This document shows positions 12,838 to 21,888 of a stretch of 64,000 nucleotides of DNA, one piece after another; the first letter of the stretch is position 1, and each line of letters opens with the position of its first letter. The stretch lies in assembly GCF_964204645.1 (NCBI RefSeq), contig NC_134027.1, forward strand, positions 3,752,485 through 3,816,484. The letters are read 5' to 3'. The position numbers were made by a program, and so were the translations under genes. The notes beneath the pieces were generated by a model. That model saw only the letters and a program-made list of their open reading frames with translations, ran no database searches and was not told the origin of the DNA. Origin of the DNA: Tubulanus polymorphus (Eukaryota > Animalia > Nemertea).

Positions 12838-13529
12838 TGATATCCAGTAGAAGCGCTGCGTCTGACAGCTATCGTTCAGCAATTCAGTGAATATTGTCCA
12901 AAGCTTTAATGTGTACCCCAGTTTTTATCTTTATACAACACCAATTATCTTTGGACTGTCGTTTGAATTTGGATAAATGATCAACTGCACTCAGAAATGG
13001 ACGCCGATGACTGCACGTACTTAGTACACGAGCACTAAAACTGGATTCCCGAGTTAGACTGTCTAGGATTTCACCCATATCAGAAATAGAAATGTGCCGT
13101 TTTCCTGGCCACAAGCTAGTTCAAATTCACAACTCGCGCGAGGTACAAAGATCACCAATCAAAAACAATCATCAAATATCAGACCACGCGCGCGCTAGGA
13201 TCACGCTATACGGCTAACCAAAATACACACGCATAGTTTAAAGGTTAAGAATTTATATCACAAGAAACCATCAATGAACTTAATCAAAAAGCCCAAATAA
13301 GATAAATCATTCATTCTAATTACAATAAAACCAATTCGCCATTGTATTTAGAAAGGATTGCAACGTAATCCTCTATTTGGTATTATACGTGTATTTCTGC
13401 TTAAGACAGATTTTTAATTGGGATTCGTAGAAACGCTTTCATACGCTTGAAATGGGACTTATCGATTACTTTCATTTTAAATTGCTCGAGCGATTTGTGA
13501 CGGTTTTACGAGCTATGGTGATAACTTAC

Positions 13530-13784
13530 CATCATGACACAAGACTGTAGTCCGTCGCATTCACAGTCTTTGCCTTCAATCTCAACGCAGCATTTCCTGT
13601 AACCGTGTAGAGTGCCTGAATATACCTGGATGTAATACCACTCCTCCGTCACGTGACAATGATTCCCACTTCTAACTGGCTCCGTTTCATCATTAGTTTT
13701 TGCTAACCCGACCGGAACTGATACCGAAAAAACACACCCGAAACAGACCACAGCGACGAATACACGGCTGCACAAAAAGTCCAT
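13530..13784 (-). CDS. Small secreted cysteine-rich peptide, main coding exon (signal peptide, short pro-region, 6-Cys domain)
   Basis: MDFLCSRVFVAVVCFGCVFS is signal-like, followed by C-x21-CC-x7-C-x-C-x5-C. An acceptor TTCCAG sits just before the ATG. A GTAAGT donor follows ...SCVMM at 13529, so the ORF-track tail VSYHHSS is probably intronic. A likely 5' UTR exon donor lies near 14138. Confidence 0.7.
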
Positions 13785-14776
13785 CGTTTTGATTTCTGGA
13801 ATCCATGAATATAAGGGTAAATTTAGAAGTTAAATGGTCAGCTACCTACCATTTGTTTGGCTAGCTTAAATTGATATTGAAACCCCTTGGAAATTGCAAA
13901 AAGTGCGGTTTTTCTGCATGTTTTTGATTGTAAATTGCACTGGGTTAAGGTATACCAGTAACGTTTGAGTGCTGATGTACTGAAATAATCTATATGTACG
14001 TTAAGTCTTAGTCAACACGTCAGTGCGACGAACTTATTTGGTCAGTTCGACGAACTTATTATAATCGTGGAAACAAACAATATCTCAATTACGAGAAGTC
14101 TAAATATGAAATCTAAATACTTCTAGCGAAATACTTACATGAACTGTACACTTCGATGATCCAACACGGTTTGATTTTTGGACGCTCTGTTCACCGAAGA
14201 ACTAACATTTGTCACTGGTTACAGGATCCGTGAAACTGTATACGATCATCTGATAGCATCCACGCATGGTATCAACGTGTAAAAATACACCTTCTATAAA
14301 ATCATGCGCTCACCAACTGTGAATTTTCAACGCATCGCAACCAACTGTTCGGATTCAAATTTCAGAGAGCGCCACTGAATCAACCAATACTTTAAATCAA
14401 TTAGCTTTTTATAAGTACAATTTGTAAGTATACCGCATCAGATATTATAATTGGACCAGATTATATGATACAGAATATATATTCATATATATATATATGT
14501 ACAAATATCTACATAGAATAACCGAGAAAGATGATTTTGATAATAAGTAATGAGTATTATCTGTGACACAGAACGTGAGTCCCGTTCCCGCGTCTGTACA
14601 CATATTGTCAACTTGCTGGTGGTAAATATCGCACTAGTACAACGCATAAGATAACAACAATAATTGACTGACTCCGATGTTCTGATCATAGATTGATCGT
14701 AACATAATGTATAAGTGAAATTCTGTTAGACCCACGTTGTATATCATACGATGGCATTACGATTTAATTCGGATGT

Positions 14777-15871
14777 CTAAGCGCTGTAACTGTTATAGGA
14801 AACTCTGTAGACGATATCATCATTTTTTGAAATCGCGTTGGTCCGTTCGGTTGATTTGTTGATTCTGCGCACGACGAAGCTTTCGCGCAAGGGGAGCCTA
14901 CACTTACAACCGATCGTTCTTAATACAGACTCCCTCGCCTTCTTACAAGTCCCGATATAAAGTAAAAAATTGATACTGTAATTGGCGTCGTTCAATATCA
15001 GCAGTACCGGCAATACATTGTAACGGATGTATTGTGACCACTGCGGAAAGCGAGTTGAAATCAATGTACCCATTGCTACGGGAAATATACAGACGAAAAA
15101 TGAACATGTGACTAGCAACATAAGTTTGGTAACTTTAAGCAACGATTTTCTTGCCGAGTTCCCTTGGATGGCCGTGTTCAAGTTGCGTCTCCAAAGTTTG
15201 ACAACTACGCATGTATTAAATAAGAGAATACTAAGCAGCGGAACATACGTATTAGCGATAACAATCTTAACGTGGTTGTTTGATTTGGCTTCAGTGGTGA
15301 CTAGACAACCGTAACCCGGAACGTATCCTTCATACGGCGGTGCGAGATGTGATATGTTATATAGAATGGCACCGATAGTTATTATAGACGTTGCGAATCG
15401 CGCGGTGGATTTCGTGCACAAGCGCTTAGCTGTGATAGGAAAACATACGACGAAAAACCGTTCCAAACTGAGTACGCTCACCATCCAGCTACTGCCAATC
15501 ATCGCCACGGTCGTAAAGTATGTAGCCATTACACAATCTAGAGACTTCGTCAGTTGAATTAACAAACGCCCGGTAAACATATTCGACATTAGATTAAGCC
15601 AGAAAATAAGCCTTGAAATGTTGTTTAGAAAGTCGAAAACTGCCAGAGCCGCCAAATAACAGTTATATGAATACGTTCTCATAGCGCCCATCGTTAGAAT
15701 TCCGAACGACAACGGGTTTGCAAAAAGTCCGAAATAAGTAAGTATACCTGTTGACACAAGATGCAACCAAGCCATAGCGGAATTAACCTCGTAGAGCTTC
15801 TTCGGGTAGATTTCGTAGTATAAATGATAGTATTGATATACGATGGCATGGGATACGTTTCCAGAAGCCAT
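14777..15871 (-). CDS. Class A GPCR, orphan peptide-receptor-like/putative chemoreceptor, single exon
   Basis: GLFAN (TM1), YLAALAVFD (TM2), LSLERFFVVCFP (TM3), YVPL (TM5), FFVCIFP (TM6) and NYSINFLLY (TM7). Confidence 0.9.
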   Translation of the reverse strand: MASGNVSHAIVYQYYHLYYEIYPKKLYEVNSAMAWLHLVSTGILTYFGLFANPLSFGILTMGAMRTYSYNCYLAALAVFDFLNNISRLIFWLNLMSNMFTGRLLIQLTKSLDCVMATYFTTVAMIGSSWMVSVLSLERFFVVCFPITAKRLCTKSTARFATSIITIGAILYNISHLAPPYEGYVPGYGCLVTTEAKSNNHVKIVIANTYVPLLSILLFNTCVVVKLWRRNLNTAIQGNSARKSLLKVTKLMLLVTCSFFVCIFPVAMGTLISTRFPQWSQYIRYNVLPVLLILNDANYSINFLLYIGTCKKARESVLRTIGCKCRLPLRESFVVRRINKSTERTNAISKNDDIVYRVSYNSYSA

Positions 15872-16275
15872 GAAGCCAGATGAAATTTCGCACCGTATGA
15901 TTTAAACATGAAGAGTGGCGGTGAACGAAAAGTTCGGGAAATATATACTGTACACGGTGCATTTTGATAATTTTCAATTAACGCCTCTCCGCTGAACGAA
16001 TCCAAAGTATGCCAGATTTGTTACTAACTTGGACACCATGTTAATAGCTTTTGTCACCTCAATATGACTTGCAAAAGAATTTTGTAGGAGTGGATGCGTG
16101 TGAACATAACACCTTGTATAACATCTGAAAATATTTCATCCGACACATCTACTATATCATCTTGCGTTATCACGTAATGTTCACCATGAATAATCTATGT
16201 ATGTAAATATTTAAAAAACTGCTTTATCACAATATATAATAAAGCGATGATCCTATGTTTTACGTCTCTCTGAAA

Positions 16276-18421
16276 ATGATTTCCAAAGGATTGTTGTGTT
16301 TATTTATTCTACTCATAGAAATTGTGTCCGGTTTCGTTCCAACCGAAAAGGTAAATAGTGAAAGGTTTGCACCTATCATTCAGAATGTATCAACACATAA
16401 TCTCTCAAACTAGTATTTCGCAAAAAACCAAATTTTCTTTCATTAATCGGAAGTGGATTGTCAACATTTTGAATAAAACTATGATATATTTTATGTCCAA
16501 TTTCTAATGATCGCATCTACACCACTCTAATCTGAACTTATTAAAGGACATACCCATCAGCGAAAAAATAACCAAACGTGAGTCTGGCTCTTTCCAGCCA
16601 TTGCGTAAGTACAAACACCGGTATTCTGAAGTCGCATTCTCGCCAGAATGTGAATTTGTAAAAAAAAAACAAATAATAGCATAGGATTATAAGTTGAAAA
16701 GAATACATTTGTATGAATTGCCGATGACAATAAAAGTATTATAGGGATTCATTCTCATGCACGGTTAAAGGTCATAACGATGGCAAACGACCCGGTGAAC
16801 CAGTGGATTTCAGCGAATGCACGAATATCAAACCAGTACCGTTAAACCTAACAGTTTACAGCGAATATATGCCATTCCAACCAATCAACAACACATTTTA
16901 CAAAAAGTTTTTGCACGCGTACGGTCTACCGGTTCTCGGTAAGTTATTGGCAGATTCCGATGACCGTGTATAATATAATCAGACGATATTGGTCGAGCAA
17001 CTATTTCAACAGTACAAACTCTCCTTAAGCAGAAATATAATTCTAGGTTCCGAAAAAGTACCGAACCATATACTGCGAAGAGTTTGTTACGTCGTCAGAT
17101 TTCTGTTTGCCGATCGCGAAGATTTGCGTCGCAACTATTACAAATGGTACGGACGATTTGGCTTGATGGCGCAATCAGAGGTTACCACGGATATTCCGGA
17201 GCATTCTACGCTGAATCCAACGGGTTTTTGGGACCAACGTGCACGAGGCGTTGGTCCGACGAGAGAGAGAGGCCTATTTCTACATGTGCGGAAGAAAACG
17301 TGGGCTGCTACGCCTATGGCATCGACAGGTCGATTGTACAAATCATACCATTCTCAAATATCTTAATCCAACTTCTTTCACATTACTAGGACAGGCTTCG
17401 CAACTTTGCTATTTTCAGATACTGGGGACAAAGCATCATAGTTCATGAATTCTCTCACGGGCTACATATTTTCGGTTGGCGCACAGGCAGAAGACCAGCG
17501 AAGTTACAAACATTACTGGTTAATGCCTACAATAAAGCTAAATCGTTGCCAGCCGGCAAAAATGGTTTAGGTGGATACGCCGCTACGTCTGATACGGAAT
17601 ACTTTGTAAATATAAGCATGAATAAATTTCAATCGATGCAAGATGATGGCATTGCGTACGAGCATGTAGACTGAAGATGTTCAATTGTATCTAGGCTACC
17701 GGTATGCAGGCATACATGAACGACTTCGTCAACTCGGGAGGAGACGTAACCATTCATACAAGGGAACAACTACGCAAACATGATCCAGATCTTTATGCCT
17801 TGATTAAAGCCGTTTTGCCTTGCAACAATCGCTTCCTGAATCGTTGCCAAAATATTACTTTACACAAAAAGGCCGAAGTATATTCATACGTCACAACTCA
17901 AGAGTTTGAAGGTAAGTAGTGTCGTAGTTTTTACAGTTTCCATCTGTAGCGTTTATCGCGAACTTATTTTCTCATTAACCCTGTGAATAGACATGATGGC
18001 GAACCAGAAATTGAAGATGAACTGCAAACCAAGGAAACGACGTATGTGCAAAACAATTTCATTTCACTCTCTCTTCTGTCACATGTTCATGAGGATTCTA
18101 TATTTTCGATTCACCTTGGTTACAGCACCCGTCAGCTGTTTGGGAGCAAAAAAAAATGTTCCATTAAACGATCCTTTAGACGAGTGTAGTTACTACGTGT
18201 GTAATGAGCTTGGTTACGTCACAGGCCGGTGCGTAACGCTCAAATTGATGCTACATATATTCTGTATGTAAAATATATAATGTCTCACGATCTCATGCAA
18301 ATTTGTAGATATAAATAACTGTGGTCGTTCCATGAAATCGTCATGTCGTTATCGCACCGCGGCTAATATAGAAAAATACCTCGACGAACCGGATATTCCG
18401 CTTAGTGATTCAATCGTATGA
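16276..18421 (+). pseudogene. Secreted HEXXH zinc metalloprotease (lethal-factor/PPEP-like motif spacing) with a C-terminal chitin-binding type-2-like domain; 9 exons; two apparent frameshifts
   Basis: Exons by GT-AG reading: 16276-16350 (signal MISKGLLCLFILLIEIVSG), 16547-16620, 16745-16938 (FYKKFLHAYGLPVL), 17047-17328 (LRRVCYVVRFLFADR...IPEH...QRARGVG / ISTCAEEN), 17419-17605 (IIVHEFSH...TEYF), 17695-17911 (TREQLRKHDPDLY), 17991-18041, 18126-18228 (C...DPLDECSYYVC) and 18309-18421. Frame breaks at (GA)5 17261-17270 and at about 18313-18319. Confidence 0.8.
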
Positions 18422-18500
18422 GTATATAAAATCTGGCAATTCTATCTCGATTTAATTTGATTGTTCTATCAAACAATATATAATGACCGTTGAAAAAAGA

Positions 18501-20740
18501 TTAACACTTAGTCTTATAAAACCTGTGTAGGAATCTACTGTATTTGCACAATTGACAAAAAACGGTCTGACAGTCGTTTCGTCGAGTCGAAACGACTCGA
18601 CAACTGCAGTTTAGAAGAAGTATGTTTACAATGGGTTGTGGTGGTGACTTAAATTGAATTATGATGGCGAAGTCATGCTCACTAACTGCGATGAAAAAAG
18701 TACATTCAATGATTAACTTTCTCAAATCACCGTGAATTTAGTTTACTTAAATCTTCTGGCTCTGTAGATAACAATTAACACTTAGTATTTATTCGTCCTA
18801 ATCTCAGGAAACATTATTTACATCAATGATAATTGATGAATTATATCATTGATTACCGTTTGTAAGGTTGGTCGACGAAGAGCTCCCACACTGTGATCCC
18901 GATCAGCCGGCCATACACCCTTTGCATCATCATTGATAATTACGGCAAAAAAGGGTTGTTGAAAAAATTCAGAATCATCAGCGCCCACTAAATGTTTATA
19001 TTTCCAACACCGACATCCATAGAGACGGTAAAATATAATGAGCTAATATCTGTTCATATTTACATAGTTAGCAATTCGTTGTTCACTAAGTACGCTCGAG
19101 GCTTGCGTCATAGATGTACTCCGCTATCTCGTGGGCCTATAAAGATATTACACGTTACGTGATTGATTGAAACAAAACAGAGAGCTAGAAACAAATGACC
19201 ATACCTTGTCATTCAGTCACGATTAATTTGCGAAAACGATGCCTATTATAATTAAGCTGACAATGATCCAGTAGAGATGAGCTCATCGTTACGGGATTGT
19301 GGCGATCCATATCTAATAACGCTACGAATATACGGAAGCTAACAGCCAAAATAGAATGTTTTGCGCGTAGGAATTTTACTATCGGTCGTAGACACAATCT
19401 TACACGGACTTGGATGATTCTGTCCTTTTCTTATGTCTTTTTCGATGTTGCCCGTAAAACCTCTTTCATCAGTTCATTGATTTTATACATTGTGTGGAAT
19501 ATTCGTTTAACACATTGAACCATCGAGTACAACAATACAACGATCGAGGAGGATACACAGCAAAATAGCACCGTATAATGTCCTGGACCCTGTAAGGGTG
19601 TCCAGTTTGTAGGCTGTAGTTAATTCATGAAGTGTTTCCCAAGAGACGTTTGTAACTGATAATCCACCAGGAACGCGATTATCGTGTTCGAGATAACCAT
19701 CACGAAGCCAATAATTACATTAATATAAATGCATCTACGAAATTTAATAAAAGGCGTAAATGATGTGCAAAAGCAAAACCCCGAAGCATTCTCGATCTCG
19801 ATGAAAAACCGACGCCCAATGTTACGCATTCACCAAATTTGGAGGAAAAATCCACTGGACGAATAAACCTCGGGAATTGTAGTAGGCCTACGAGACCGTA
19901 TTCTATCGTTTCAATGATGGTATAATCCAAATGCACCCAGAGCAATCAGCCGACGACGGGAAGTCGCGTAAATCTTGGTATCTTCATAAGGTGGACTGAC
20001 TCGGTCTGCAGATTCTAATTAGACGTTAATATCATTCTTTCTCGTATCCGCCTTCGCTTTATTACAACAACTTTATTTCGACGTGTGTTATTTCTACGGA
20101 AGCGATAAGGGGCCTCGAGTTGTCGCGTTCCAACTCGACAAGTCGCCATATTTATGTCGACATATCGCGATATATCGCGTCAAGTCGTCATGAACATGTC
20201 GATATATCGTGACGTTTTCACGACAAATTTCGCTTTTTTGCCCATTTTCCACGGGACAAGCCGTCATTTGAAGACATGTGTAAATGTAAGATGAGGACAC
20301 CAGTAATATGACGACTGAGTTTCAAGTCGTCATGAATATGTCGACTTGTCGCGAGGAAAGTCGTCGAGAAAACGAAATATGTCGTGAAAACGTCACGATA
20401 TATCGACATATTCATATCGACTTGACGCGATATATCACGGTATGTCGACATAAATATGACGACTTTTCGAGTTGGAACGCGACATCTCGAGGCCCTTTAT
20501 CGCTTCCGTATATTTCTGTGCACACTTTTTGCCGATTTGAAAGTCTCTTAACAGTATTCGTGGGATAACTGAGGTCTTTGAATCATTACCTGTCAACGAA
20601 AAATTGCTTATTAAATATCAAAACGCGGAATTGGATGATGCCAAACATTGTGTATTCAAGTACTTTCGCTCAAAAGCCATCGAGCTACAATGTCGATCGA
20701 AATATATCCGACAGTTCTGTCCATGATAATTAATCAAGAA
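18501..20740 (-). pseudogene. Decayed gustatory-receptor-like (GR/GRL, 7tm_7-type) gene
   Basis: Collinear frameshifted remnants: MFGII (~20640), KIYAT/VVG*LLWVHL (~19930-19975), RRCIYINVIIGFVMVISN, HPSPCKIVSTTDSK (cf. HQxLCxLVxxAD), LYWIIVSLIIIGIVFAN then a GT donor, IGITVWELFV (~18874-18903) then a donor, and a final exon with FAIIIQF (cf. the GR/GRL TYhhhhhQF signature). Ends approximate. Confidence 0.65.
20095..20510. mobile_element. Non-autonomous DNA transposon (MITE) with ~138-bp terminal inverted repeats, IS3EU-like
   Basis: Termini TACGGAAGCGATAAGGGGCC...GGCCCTTTATCGCTTCCGTA. Arms about 20095-20232 and 20373-20510. A 6-bp direct repeat TATTTC flanks it at 20089-20094 and 20511-20516. 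Confidence 0.9.
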
Positions 20741-21888
20741 TATTTGCGTTGTCATTTACGTTATGGGGATGTCGGCATTAGATTTACACAGTCTATTCAT
20801 GAATTAAAACGTCGGCCCAGTGGCTTGTTCCTCCAAGTTAAACATACAACACATGTAACCATTTGTGTGATTATTTACAGTTGTCGACTCAATCATCATG
20901 TGCGAATTTGCGTTATTGGAAATCTTCATTATTCATTTCATAGGTGAAATGACGTGAAAATCAGTGCAAATAAAAAAAGGCTCGTTGAATCATGAGAAGA
21001 AAAGCTACCATTTTGTGTCTACGTAAATGAAAATACAGTCTACAGTTTGATAATAAAACAATGTTGAAATTTGAATTGACGAAATGTTGATTGAGTGAAA
21101 GGGACATTTGAAAAATTGGCTTCATTTTTACACCAACTGATAAAGTCACTAAGCATTTAGGAATGCGTTTTTTCAACAAAGTTACTGGTTCGTTTTAAGT
21201 TACAAGGATATAAGTTAGAAATATACATTATATTCACAGGCATCGTCTCCAACTGGGAATCGAATGGTAATTGTGGCATCTATAGGGTAGCAATGGACCA
21301 ATAAATGGGAATATGAATCAGCTATAATAACCTCGTCTAATGCATTTGAACACGATATCAGTAAATTGAGTGTTGGGTTTACATGACCCAGTCTCTTCCG
21401 TGGCGCTCAAATAGAGAATATCCAGGTAAAACTAATTATCAGTTAGCACGTATTTTAGTGGTGATAATCTGAATCATCTACATCGAGTTAATATGTACAT
21501 AATTACACAAGTTTCCTCCTTACTAAGACATTGATAATGTGCCATATACAGGAATAATCTGCTGCTGGAAAAAATCGTAATCAGAAGGATGACTCATTTC
21601 TTGATGACAATACGATAAGATTATCATGTTAATTAATCATTTCTAATATAGCAGAAATTATATCCGGATAATTGAATATTGGACTTAGAATTTAGTCATT
21701 ATGTGCTATCCTCAATATGTGAAAAAACTGTAAAATTTGACACCCAAAATTGATGCTTCAAGTTTATTTTGCAATACATGTAATAAACCATTTAGAAAGA
21801 CATAATTCTTCTGTTGACATAATGCTTAACTGCACGACTTGATTACATGATTTTTAACATTAAAGTACAGGTCTACTGAAAAAAAGTG

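Noticed and set aside
20094-20568. Similar short ORFs on both strands (EICRENVTIYRH...)
   Set aside because: Product of the MITE's inverted repeats, not a transposase.
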